Shown in pieces: positions 26,502-36,493 of a DNA stretch of 45,055 bases; the stretch's first letter is position 1, and every line of letters begins with the position of its first letter. The notes under the pieces were generated by a model. The model was not told the DNA's origin. It was given only the letters and a program-made list of their open reading frames with translations, and did not search any database. Where the stretch lies: contig DATNPI010000105.1 in assembly GCA_036703325.1 (NCBI GenBank), forward strand, positions 1-45,055, written 5' to 3'. Origin of the DNA: Coleofasciculaceae cyanobacterium (GTDB lineage Bacteria; Cyanobacteriota; Cyanobacteriia; Cyanobacteriales; Coleofasciculaceae). A program made the position numbers and the translations under genes.

Positions 26502-26826
26502 ATATATTTAACAACCTGGAAGGAAAAACCAATACTTCATCAAAAATTTATTTCTTTCACAGGTTTTTTTTAATCCAGAACTTATACCTTGACAGTACAC
26601 TGAAAAGCAGTGTATTTCTCTGTCAAAGATGAAAGGCACCGGGTTTACCAATAAAACCCGGAAAATTCCTATTATGTAAGCGTTTGAATACTTCTATACG
26701 TCTGTAACAAAAGACCTAATTACTAAGCCTTTCAAGAGTTATCTGTTGAAGCCGGATAGTTCAGCCTGTCAATTAGGAAATGTCCTCTAAGCAAGCCTGT
26801 AACTTATAACGACTCGATGAAACAGA

Positions 26827-28872
26827 ATGACTAAGATTGCTTCGTTCGATGTATTCGATACTGTTCTAACACGCGCTGTTGGCTCACCGGAATCAAGTTT
26901 TCTTCTACTAGGCAAGAAACTTAAAGACTTATCACTACTGGACTACCCAGCAGAAGTCTTCGCTCGCGTTCGGGCTAACGCCGAGAGTCGTGCTTTTGTG
27001 AATGCAGGAGGGCTTGATTCTCAAGTCAATCTGCATCAAATTTATGCAGAAGTGGGAATGGCACTGGGGCTAACTGAAGCACAACGGAACCAGTTGATGA
27101 ACCTGGAACTCCAGTTGGAGACTCAAATCATTCGCCTTGTTCCCCATGCTAAAGAACTTGTGCAGGCGGCACGCGATCGCAACGAGCGTATCGCGTTTTT
27201 GTCCGACATGTATCTAGGGACTGAGTGCATCCAAAAGCTGCTTAGTCACCACGGCTTGTACTTAGACGGCGACCTCTGTTACGTATCCTGCGATTATGCC
27301 AAATCAAAAGGCTCAGGTGAGCTTTTCCAAGAATTGCTACAGCGCGAACGTGTTGAGCCTGAACAAGTATGTCATTGCGGCAACAATTCCTGGTCAGATG
27401 TTCATACCGCCAAGCAGGCAGGACTAAAGGTTAGACCATTCCCAGAAGGCAACCTCAATCGGTATGAAGAGATTCTTGAAACCTATACTTGGGCGACACA
27501 AGGACTATCCTCTGTAATGGCAGGTGCATCAAGATTAGCGCGTTTAACAGTTCCCGCCTCATCGCCAAGAGAAAAAGTTTTGCGCGATATTTCTGCAAGC
27601 GTAGCCGCTCCTGTATTAGTAAGCTTTGTCCTTTGGGCATTGGGACGCGCTCAACAATTAGGCTTGAAGCGACTCTACTTTGTGTCGCGGGACGGTCAGA
27701 TGCTGCTTGAAATCGCACGCCGATTAATCAAGAAGCTTAATTTCTCTTGTGAACTGTGCTATCTCTATGGCAGTAGACAAGCGTGGTTACTGCCGAGTGT
27801 AACTCGTGTTGATGAAGAACACCTCAAGGGAATTTTTACTGGGCAATTGACACTTGACGTTGAGTTCGTCTCAGTTCGTATTGCCTTAGCTCGACTTTGT
27901 ATCGAGCCTGAAGAAGCAAGTGATTGCTTGATTTCCATAGGACTAACGAATAAAGATTGGTTGCGGAATCTAAATGTTGACGAACGTATAGCACTCACAC
28001 AGCTAGTCCTCGAAGACCAACGGATGCGTGAGCTGATTCTTCAGAAAGCCGACCAACAGCGTCAGCTCATGGTTAAGTATTTAAAGCAAGAAGGACTGCT
28101 CGACCCGACTCCATTTGGGTTGGTTGATCTAGGGACTGGTGCCACATTACACTATGCTCTCTCTGAAGTATTAACGGTGGCGGGAGGGAAACCCCCCGTG
28201 AGTTTTTACCAGGGGTTAAGAAAAGGGATTCCAGAGGGTCAATTTAGAGAACCGGAACCCTATTTGTTCGATAAGCGACTTGGTCTGGGCTTTTTTGAAG
28301 CACCTGGGATGAACGAGATCACAGAAATGGCCTGTAGTGCTGATCATGGAACAGTAATCAGCTATAGAGAAGTTGGTGAGCGAGTTGAACCCGTTCTAAA
28401 AGAGGACTCAAATCCAGTGGTTATGGACTGGGGTTATCCAATCGTCCGGGAAACAATTTGCTGCTTCGCTGAAAATATATTACTTGATGCAAGCCTAATT
28501 AATCTCTCGACAGATGTTCGTGCGGCCTGTGTCGAACTGTGTAATGCTTTTTGGTCAAATCCGTCCGTCACGGAGGCAAAGGCTTGGGGTGATTTTCCTA
28601 TGGAGGATGGTTGGGGAAATGAATCGTTTTACCATTGTTTTGCAGAGAGTTACCGTTGGAGCGATCTGATTACGACGCTTTGGGATGGAAGACTAAGGGG
28701 ACGACGACATTGGTGGGAATCCGGTGCCCTTGCGTTGAGTCCCCCCCGACTCCGGGCAGCCTTGAGAGTTTGTCTTTCGATTGGGCAACGACAACGGCGT
28801 GTAAGAGCACGGTTGAGATTAGGACAATATGTAAAGCGTCAGCTAGGCTTTATACTAGCCCCCAAAGGCTGA
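26827..28872 (+). CDS. HAD-superfamily hydrolase domain fused to a ~470-aa domain of unknown function
   Basis: HAD motif I is FDVFDTVLTR (DxDxT). Motif II is AFLSDMY. Motif III is the K in AKSKGSGELF. Motif IV is GNNSWSDV. I did not recognise the remaining two thirds of the 681-aa protein. Confidence 0.65.
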   Translation: MTKIASFDVFDTVLTRAVGSPESSFLLLGKKLKDLSLLDYPAEVFARVRANAESRAFVNAGGLDSQVNLHQIYAEVGMALGLTEAQRNQLMNLELQLETQIIRLVPHAKELVQAARDRNERIAFLSDMYLGTECIQKLLSHHGLYLDGDLCYVSCDYAKSKGSGELFQELLQRERVEPEQVCHCGNNSWSDVHTAKQAGLKVRPFPEGNLNRYEEILETYTWATQGLSSVMAGASRLARLTVPASSPREKVLRDISASVAAPVLVSFVLWALGRAQQLGLKRLYFVSRDGQMLLEIARRLIKKLNFSCELCYLYGSRQAWLLPSVTRVDEEHLKGIFTGQLTLDVEFVSVRIALARLCIEPEEASDCLISIGLTNKDWLRNLNVDERIALTQLVLEDQRMRELILQKADQQRQLMVKYLKQEGLLDPTPFGLVDLGTGATLHYALSEVLTVAGGKPPVSFYQGLRKGIPEGQFREPEPYLFDKRLGLGFFEAPGMNEITEMACSADHGTVISYREVGERVEPVLKEDSNPVVMDWGYPIVRETICCFAENILLDASLINLSTDVRAACVELCNAFWSNPSVTEAKAWGDFPMEDGWGNESFYHCFAESYRWSDLITTLWDGRLRGRRHWWESGALALSPPRLRAALRVCLSIGQRQRRVRARLRLGQYVKRQLGFILAPKG

Positions 28873-29155
28873 GGCAAGAGGCATCTAGCCAGAACGCCAG
28901 AGTTCCCATGCTGCCATGGAGGGCTGACGAAAGGGAATGAATAGGCGGTCAAACTAGGGGACGCGAGTATTCCCTGTGTTTTCTTTGTGTAGTGGGTGTT
29001 CACCCATAAAGACTATTGGCTAAATTGATGTGGGGTACCAACCTTCATTGAGGTTCTCGCTGAATATTCCTCTGCCGAAAGGTTTGGATGCCCATGCCAT
29101 ACCGTTAGGGTTGGCACTCCTTAGGATGTCGCATGAATGGTGAAGTATTGGATAT

Positions 29156-30133
29156 ATGAGTGAGCAATTTAGCAAGCTGAGCGAAATATCACTAGTGGCA
29201 CGTAACTTGGGAGATGGAGTGGTCTTTGAAGATGTGCTTCACGATTGGTTTCGTTTTCTAGGGGGTAAGCCAGGTGAGGTCGTCATTGTTGACAGTGGGA
29301 GTAATGCCGAAACCCAAGCTGTTTACTGGAAGTTATTTCAAGAAGGTCTGATCGACAAATTTCAGGTCATTCGACCAAACCACCAAGATTGTAATCACGA
29401 CAAAGGTTATGTCCAGATCTACACAGCCGGGTCGATCGCCAGCAAGCCTTACTTGTTATGGTTTAACATCGACACCTTACCCTACCGAGAAGGTCACGAG
29501 ACTTGGCTAGAGGAATCTATCGATTATCTTGATCGTGACGATGTATTTGCGATCGGTGGTTCGTTTAACCTCCCCTCGAAACATCATGATGCCTGGCCTG
29601 GATGGTACTTTAGCCACAAGTGCAGCCTAAACTTTGCTCTGATGAAGCGAAGCACATTCATGGCAGCAATGCACGAATACGCGGGAGACTATATTGCATC
29701 AGGCTTCCTGGGTGAAAATCCAGCGGCGGAACCCGATACAGATCGGGGCAGATATCTGCTGGAGATCGCACTTGAAGAGTACATACAACGGCACAATGCG
29801 TACACCCTATGCAAGATTGAAGACCCAAACTGGACGGTATTTCACACAAACACTCACGAAGAGCGCTTGAAGAAAATTCGTGAAAAATACATTGAGCGCC
29901 AAGACATTGAACAATACATGAATGCAGGCTTTTCTGATGCCGACCCCATCCCAGACCAAGCCGTGTATTATGCACAACCGCCAGTAAAGATTGGAGTTAT
30001 AAAAAAATGGCGGATTGCGTTCGGTCAATCCCCAGCCGGTCAGGCTTGGCAGTGGCTGAAACAAACAGTAAGTACAGGATTTCGCAAGTTCAACTCGATG
30101 TGGGATCGCCTCAAAACCTCACCAGTTCGTTAA
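29156..30133 (+). CDS. Hypothetical protein, possibly a GT-A-fold glycosyltransferase
   Basis: This ORF is 325 aa. The hints are weak: VVIVDSGSNAETQ (a nucleotide-binding-like beta-strand followed by D-x-GS) and WFNIDT (DxD-like). Confidence 0.35.
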   Translation: MSEQFSKLSEISLVARNLGDGVVFEDVLHDWFRFLGGKPGEVVIVDSGSNAETQAVYWKLFQEGLIDKFQVIRPNHQDCNHDKGYVQIYTAGSIASKPYLLWFNIDTLPYREGHETWLEESIDYLDRDDVFAIGGSFNLPSKHHDAWPGWYFSHKCSLNFALMKRSTFMAAMHEYAGDYIASGFLGENPAAEPDTDRGRYLLEIALEEYIQRHNAYTLCKIEDPNWTVFHTNTHEERLKKIREKYIERQDIEQYMNAGFSDADPIPDQAVYYAQPPVKIGVIKKWRIAFGQSPAGQAWQWLKQTVSTGFRKFNSMWDRLKTSPVR

Positions 30134-30267
30134 GGATTTGGCGACAGATTTACGCAATTGCGTACTGAGTTAGTAGAACAATTGTGCGACTGATTCAGTC
30201 CCAATAAATTGGGTATCTCAACCCTGGCTTTTCCTATTGCTCCCAATAACGGCTGAATATCTTCAAC

Positions 30268-31410
30268 ATGAAAATTACATTTGTCCTTCCTTTCGCTGGT
30301 CTTGCTGGTGGGATTAGGGTAACGGCAATTTATGCCGAACGCCTAAAAAAGCGCGGACATGAAGTCTTTGTCGTCTCTCTACCCCCCGATCCGATCAACC
30401 CACTAGATCAGGTAAAGTCTCTGCTAAAGGGTAAGGGTTTGCTCTCGAACAAAGAGGCGTCCCACTTTGATGATGTGGATGTTCCACATCAAGTGATCGA
30501 ACGCTGGCGACCAATCACAGATGCTGATGTACCGGATGCCGACGTGGTGATTGCCACTTGGTGGGAGACAGCCGAGTGGGTCGCGAACATGTCTGAGGCT
30601 AAAGGGGCAAAAGCTTATTTTATTCAGCATCACGAAATTTTTGAGGGCATGCCGAAAGAAAGGGTAGAGGCGACGTGGTCACTGCCGATGCACAAAATCA
30701 CAATCTCGCAGTGGTTAATCGATTTAGCCCAGACGCAATACGGTGATAGCAACGTCTCCTTTGTCCCCAATAGCGTGGACACTGATCAATTTTATGCCCC
30801 ACAGAGGGGGAAACAATCGGTTCCTACTGTTGGCATGTTATATGCTCCAATTGGGTGGAAAGGATGCGACGTTAGTCTTAAGGCGTTTTCCTTAGCGGCT
30901 CAAAAAATTCCGAATTTACACCTAGTAGCTTTTGGCGCGTTTGACCCCTCAGAAGAGTTGCCACTACCTGCTGGTGCCGAATACATCAAACTACCCGCAC
31001 AAAACGCCATCAAAGACATCTACGCCAAATGTGATGTCTGGTTATGCGGGAGTTGGAGCGAAGGATTTCATTTACCACCATTGGAAGCGATGGCTTGTCG
31101 CTGTCCCGTAGTATCAACTCAGGTTGGTGGACCTCTGGACATCATTAAAGAGGGAGTGAATGGTTATCTTGTGCCGCTTGGAGATTCCACGGCGCTTGCT
31201 GACCGCCTCGTTGATGTCCTAACACGCCCCGAAGCCTCTTGGCGAGACATGTCGGACGCCGCTTACGCAACAGCGACTCAATACACCTGGGATGATGCCA
31301 CTGAACGCTTCGAGGCGGCATTACACACCGCCATAGAACGCAGGCAACGCGGCGAGTTCTCCGATTTGGACAAGCCTCAAGATGTTCGTCCACAACAGGC
31401 TCCTATTTAA
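30268..31410 (+). CDS. GT4-family (GT-B) glycosyltransferase
   Basis: The N-terminus is MKITFVLPFAGLAGGIRV. The EX7E block is EGFHLPPLEAMACRCPVVSTQVGGPLDIIKEGVNGYLVP. Confidence 0.85.
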   Translation: MKITFVLPFAGLAGGIRVTAIYAERLKKRGHEVFVVSLPPDPINPLDQVKSLLKGKGLLSNKEASHFDDVDVPHQVIERWRPITDADVPDADVVIATWWETAEWVANMSEAKGAKAYFIQHHEIFEGMPKERVEATWSLPMHKITISQWLIDLAQTQYGDSNVSFVPNSVDTDQFYAPQRGKQSVPTVGMLYAPIGWKGCDVSLKAFSLAAQKIPNLHLVAFGAFDPSEELPLPAGAEYIKLPAQNAIKDIYAKCDVWLCGSWSEGFHLPPLEAMACRCPVVSTQVGGPLDIIKEGVNGYLVPLGDSTALADRLVDVLTRPEASWRDMSDAAYATATQYTWDDATERFEAALHTAIERRQRGEFSDLDKPQDVRPQQAPI

Positions 31411-32024
31411 CTTAACCTTGACGAATTCTTAATAGTTCTGCGGTTATCTCTTGAAAACTCAGTTCATCTTTATGCTGAACCAAGCCTGTGCCTATGCACT
31501 GCTTGAACCATTAACAGAGAGCGTTACTTAGCGAGTTCAAACATCGTTTACCAGATGCTTACCCCGCCTTTACATATCATTTATAGGAGTTTTAACTTGG
31601 ATGAAATATAGCCATCTGGGTTATTATTCATTGTGGAATTGCAATAAACCAGGAACCACGAATATCCAGCAATATTACAGGTAACCAAGAAGCGTTATAG
31701 ATATTACCAAAAAGACATGTTTTTGCTCATAGCGGTTCACAGCTGCATCCACAATAGAGGTGGGACACGATAATATCGTGCCCCGAAGAATAATCTATAT
31801 TGCACTCCATTGAAAACCGTTATAGTTGTCTATTAAGGAGGTCAGCCTATTACTAAGCAGAATCATTAAAATCTTGAAAGTTTCTTTATTGTAGAAACGA
31901 GAAATAAGGTTTTTGGAGCAGCTCAGTTTGGACTCAAATCAGGGAGCTCAAATCAGGGTGAGAATCCGGATAGCTGTGGATTCAGTAAGTAACTTAATGT
32001 TTACCACAAAAGTGAGATGCACCC

Positions 32025-33203
32025 ATGCGTTTATTGTTTGTACAGTATGCAGGCGATTACCGTGAAGCGGCTCAGCGCTTGGCAGAAGGTGGCGGAGAAA
32101 CCTATTATGCTCAAAAATATTCGGTGGATTCCGTTGCTGAGATGTCTAAAAACGTTGAAGAAGTTGCGGTTCTTTGTTGTATGACGAAAGAACCTTACAA
32201 TGAAGTTCTTCCCAATGGAGTTCGGGCTATTGGAGCCGGATTTGATAAAGATATTCAAGTCAAAGAATTACTAAAATTGATTGAAGAGCAAAAGCCAACT
32301 CACTTAGTTATTCGCACAGCTATCCGGGAAGTTTTTCGTTGGGCAATCAGAAAAAAAGTTAAAACAATAGCTGTATTTGCAGAATCTATTTCAAAAAGGG
32401 GATTACGTAGCAAACTGCGAAATTTTTTATTCGCTAATTTATTAAACAATAAGCAAATTAAATGGGTTGGAGCTTATGGAATCAACTCATCAATCTTATT
32501 TCAGCAAATAGGAGTTAACCCAGACAAAATCATTCCTTGGGATTTCATTGTTACTGACACTCCTGACTCGTTCACTCCCAAAAAACTCCTAGCTCACGCC
32601 AAGACTTGGGAACTCTTCTATATTGGATCAATGATAGAAGCTAAGGGAGTTGGCGATGTCTTAGAAGCTTTAGCTCAGTTAAGAGCTAAGAACTTCCCGG
32701 TGAAATTAAAGATAGCCGGTCGAGACGACAAAGACTATTTTCACAATAAAGCGAGACAGTTAAATATTGAAGATTGTGTAGACTTCTTGGGATTAGTACC
32801 AAATGACACGGTCTTACCTTTGATGAGAGAAGCGGATATTGTTTTAGTCCCTAGTCGGCATGAATATCCTGAGGGATTCCCTCTGGCTATTACTCATGCT
32901 CTTTGTGCTAGAACTCCAATCATTGCATCAGATCATCCGATGTTTCTAGACAATTTGAAAGATGGGGTCAGTGCAATGATTTTTCCAGCAGCTAACCCTA
33001 ATGCTTTATCAGAATGTATTGAAGAACTACTTTCAAATCCCGAACTTTATTGGAGTCTTTCTGTAGAATCATACAAGGCTTGGAATCGCTTGCAAATTCC
33101 GGTAAAGTGGGCTGATATGATTAATCGCTGGCTAGATGATTCACAAAAAAATCAGCAGTGGTTGTTCAAGCACCGACTTTCTTCAGGACTCTACAACACA
33201 TAA
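32025..33203 (+). CDS. GT4-like glycosyltransferase, tandem paralogue 1
   Basis: This ORF is 392 aa. GVGDVLEALAQLRAKNFPVKLKIAG...SRHEYPEGFPLAITHALCARTPIIASDHPMF is a GT-B C-terminal domain. The second Glu of EX7E is replaced by His. Confidence 0.8.
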   Translation: MRLLFVQYAGDYREAAQRLAEGGGETYYAQKYSVDSVAEMSKNVEEVAVLCCMTKEPYNEVLPNGVRAIGAGFDKDIQVKELLKLIEEQKPTHLVIRTAIREVFRWAIRKKVKTIAVFAESISKRGLRSKLRNFLFANLLNNKQIKWVGAYGINSSILFQQIGVNPDKIIPWDFIVTDTPDSFTPKKLLAHAKTWELFYIGSMIEAKGVGDVLEALAQLRAKNFPVKLKIAGRDDKDYFHNKARQLNIEDCVDFLGLVPNDTVLPLMREADIVLVPSRHEYPEGFPLAITHALCARTPIIASDHPMFLDNLKDGVSAMIFPAANPNALSECIEELLSNPELYWSLSVESYKAWNRLQIPVKWADMINRWLDDSQKNQQWLFKHRLSSGLYNT

Positions 33204-33879
33204 TTATGCAAGAGGTAGAGTGGTACGATAAAATCTATCCTCGTAACCACCCAAGTGAACGAAGGGATAGGCTCTAGATAAGAGGACAATCAGTGAACGA
33301 GCGTTTTGTTCCCTCATACTCAAAAGCTGTTAGCTGAGCAGATAAAAGGCATTCCTGTGATTTTGATGCCAGACTGTAATCCTTAACACTTTTTTTTCTA
33401 TAAATATCGTATAAGTCACAAGGAAATAACACCGGGATTTAACAATGTTTGATAGTAGTGCAGGGACAGAAAGGATAAAAAGGGGAGCATCAACATAATG
33501 CCCGGAACGCTTCGAGTCTGTATACCGCAGAAACCGGGGATTTAACTAGAACTTATATCCATTAAGTTGAAGAACAAAAAATGAGCGATCGCAACTTTCT
33601 GCCACTTTTGTGTGTCAGTTGTAGAGGTATACTGCATATTGGAGGTATAGACACACATAATCTATCCATAGATAGAGGAAATTTTTTCCTAGGAAGTGAT
33701 ATCTCCCCTTAACTCGGCTCTTGAAGTAATCTAGGTTCGATGGGTTCTAAAACGGTTAGAGAGCATCTATTTCGATTCCAATATTCTTGTCCTAGCTAGC
33801 TTTCACAGTCAGATTATAGCCATCTACCAGATAATTCTTTAGCTTGTTTATAAGTATTGTTCTGGTAAAGGATAACCAA

Positions 33880-35067
33880 ATGCGTTTATTGTTTGTGCAG
33901 TATGGTGGCGATTACCGTGAAGCGGCTGAGCGATTAGTGACGGGCGGAGGGGAAACTTATTATGCTCAAAAATATTCAGTTGATGCTGTTGCTGAAATTG
34001 GTCAGCGAATTGAGGAAGTAGCAGTTCTCTGTTTGCTTACCGATACCCCTTATAATCAGGTTCTTCAAAACGGAGTTCGGGCAATCGGGGCGGGATTCAC
34101 AAAAGAAATCAACCCCAAGAAAATTATCAGTTTGATTGAAGAGCAAAATCCCACTCACTTAATTGTTTGTACCCCAAATCGAGACGTCCTTCAGTGGGCT
34201 ATTCAAAATAAGGTTAAAACAATAGCGGTGTTGGCTGATTCGTTTCCAAGCCAAGGATTACGGAATAAATTTCGAAATTATTTACTTTCGAGCCTATTAA
34301 ACAATCAGCAAATCCACTGGGTTTTCAATCACGGAATTAATTCATCGCTACAGCTCAAGCAAATCGGAGTTAAAGCGAACAAGATAATTCCTTGGGATTG
34401 GCCAGCTAGGGTCTCACCTGAAGCTTTCTCTCCCAAAGCGCTTCGAGAGGATATAAGGACATGGAATCTAGTTTACGTCGGCGCGGTTACAGAAACTAAG
34501 GGGGTTGGCGATGTATTAGAAGCGATCGCAATGTTAAAAGCTAAGAACTTATCAGTAAGTTTAAAGATAGCAGGTGGCGGCGAAATCGAGTCTCTGACTA
34601 ACAAAGCTCAACAATTGCAAATTGAAGATTCTGTAAAATTCCTAGGATTAGTGCCAAATAATACTATAGTACCTTTGATGAGAGAGGCGGATCTTGTCTT
34701 AATTCCTAGTAGGCACGAATATCCAGAAGGGTTCCCAATAACAATTTATGAAGCCCTCTGTTCTCGAACACCTCTTGTTGCTTCAGATCACCCGATGTTT
34801 AAAGATAATTTAAAACATGGGATAAATTCGATGATTTTCCCGGCGGCTAACCCTATTGTTTTATCAGAATGCATTGAAAAACTGCTTTCAGATCCAGAGC
34901 TTTATCAAAATATTTCTGTAGCATCTGCCGAGGCGTGGAAGCGCTTGCAAATCCCGGTGAAATGGGCTGATATGATTAATCGCTGGCTAGATAATTCCCC
35001 GGAAAATCAGCAATGGTTGTTTGAGCATCGACTGGCTTCAGAACGCTATGACTCAAGAGTTGCGTAA
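33880..35067 (+). CDS. GT4-like glycosyltransferase, tandem paralogue 2
   Basis: The ATG at 33880 gives MRLLFVQYGGDYREAAERL, and the track start is a TTG at 33844. By eye it is about two thirds identical to the preceding gene along its full length. EX7E is intact (EGFPITIYE). Confidence 0.8.
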   Translation: MRLLFVQYGGDYREAAERLVTGGGETYYAQKYSVDAVAEIGQRIEEVAVLCLLTDTPYNQVLQNGVRAIGAGFTKEINPKKIISLIEEQNPTHLIVCTPNRDVLQWAIQNKVKTIAVLADSFPSQGLRNKFRNYLLSSLLNNQQIHWVFNHGINSSLQLKQIGVKANKIIPWDWPARVSPEAFSPKALREDIRTWNLVYVGAVTETKGVGDVLEAIAMLKAKNLSVSLKIAGGGEIESLTNKAQQLQIEDSVKFLGLVPNNTIVPLMREADLVLIPSRHEYPEGFPITIYEALCSRTPLVASDHPMFKDNLKHGINSMIFPAANPIVLSECIEKLLSDPELYQNISVASAEAWKRLQIPVKWADMINRWLDNSPENQQWLFEHRLASERYDSRVA

Positions 35068-35415
35068 TGGAGGTGAAGGAATGGTTCAAATCACTCTTTG
35101 AAGCAATCCAGCAGCGCTAAGAGCGCGTCTTAGCACGAGAAGAAAAGCAATTTTCAGTGATGGACACCTCATCAAGAGTGCCAGTAGATTGATAGTAGCA
35201 GTGCTACAAGAATTGCTAAGGCAACATTTTGACCAACGCGGTTCGAGTAGAGCGATAGCTACCCGACGATTCAGCAATAACGTTGCTGAACGGGAACACT
35301 TATGGCAAACGCTTCATGCATACTGTCTGCTCTATAGCATCAAGACAGGGCATCTCAAGTAATGGTTAATTCAATAGAAGCTGAACTAGAAAATACTAAA
35401 TAGGGTACCCCCCTT

Positions 35416-36426
35416 ATGTCTAACGCGATCGAACTAAATAACCCAATCCCTTTACTTGTTGTAATCGTTAACTACCGAACACCAGCACTAACAATCGATA
35501 GCTTGCGCTCTTTGGTGAGTGAAGTCCAAGCCTTACCGGGTACCCGCGTTGTCGTTACCGACAACAAGTCTGATGATGGCTCAGTTGAACAAATTGCAAA
35601 GGCAATTGAAACCGAAGGCTGGGGTGAGTGGGCAACCTTTATGCCACTAGAGCTTAATGGCGGATTTGCCTACGGCAATAACGCGGCGATTCGTCCAGCG
35701 CTACAGTCAACCAATCCCCCCCCCTACATTCTGTTGCTCAACCCCGACACGGTTGTTCGCCCTGGAGCGTTAAAGGCACTGGTGGACTTTATGAATGAGC
35801 ATCCCGATGTGGGAATTGCTGGCAGTCGCCTGGAAGAACCGGATGGCACACCACAAAGTTCTGCTTTTCGCTTCCATACAGCCCTCTCTGAACTAGATTC
35901 CGGATTGAATCTTGGCTTGGCATCAAAGTTACTGTCGAAGTGGGTAGTTTGGCCGCCTATCTCCAACGAAAGCTGTCAAACGGATTGGGTAGCTGGGGCA
36001 AGCATGATCGTCCGCCGCGAAGTCTTTGAAACAGCGGGCTTGATGGATGAAGAATATTTCATGTATTACGAAGAAATGGATTTTTGCCTACAGGCTAAAC
36101 GGGCAGGCTGGAGTTGCTGGTATGTCCCTGAAAGTCGGGTTGTACACCTAGTCGGGCAAAGCTCAGGTGTAACCGACACCAAAAAGCCACCGAAGCGATT
36201 ACCCCAGTACTTGTTTGATTCACGACGGCGGTACTTTCTTAAAAACTATGGTTTGCTATACACGGCACTCGCTGATGCCTTGAGAGCTTCTGGTTTTGCT
36301 GTATGGAGGTTGCGCCGCACAATTCAAGGCAAGCCGGATCGAGATCCCCCCAATTTTCTGAGTGATTTAGTCCGGAATAGTGTGTTCCTCAAAGGAGGCG
36401 TATTAACCCCCCCCAAGTGCTCATAA
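35416..36426 (+). CDS. GT2-family glycosyltransferase (rhamnosyltransferase-like)
   Basis: The motifs are LLVVIVNYRT, VVVTDNKSDDGS, GGFAYGNNAAIR, LLLNPDTVV and YEEMDFCLQAKRAGW. Confidence 0.85.
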   Translation: MSNAIELNNPIPLLVVIVNYRTPALTIDSLRSLVSEVQALPGTRVVVTDNKSDDGSVEQIAKAIETEGWGEWATFMPLELNGGFAYGNNAAIRPALQSTNPPPYILLLNPDTVVRPGALKALVDFMNEHPDVGIAGSRLEEPDGTPQSSAFRFHTALSELDSGLNLGLASKLLSKWVVWPPISNESCQTDWVAGASMIVRREVFETAGLMDEEYFMYYEEMDFCLQAKRAGWSCWYVPESRVVHLVGQSSGVTDTKKPPKRLPQYLFDSRRRYFLKNYGLLYTALADALRASGFAVWRLRRTIQGKPDRDPPNFLSDLVRNSVFLKGGVLTPPKCS

Positions 36427-36493
36427 CTTAGGAGAAATTGGCAGAAAAACCAAGTAGTTTTTGAAAGAACACGCTATTGAGTACAAACAAATT

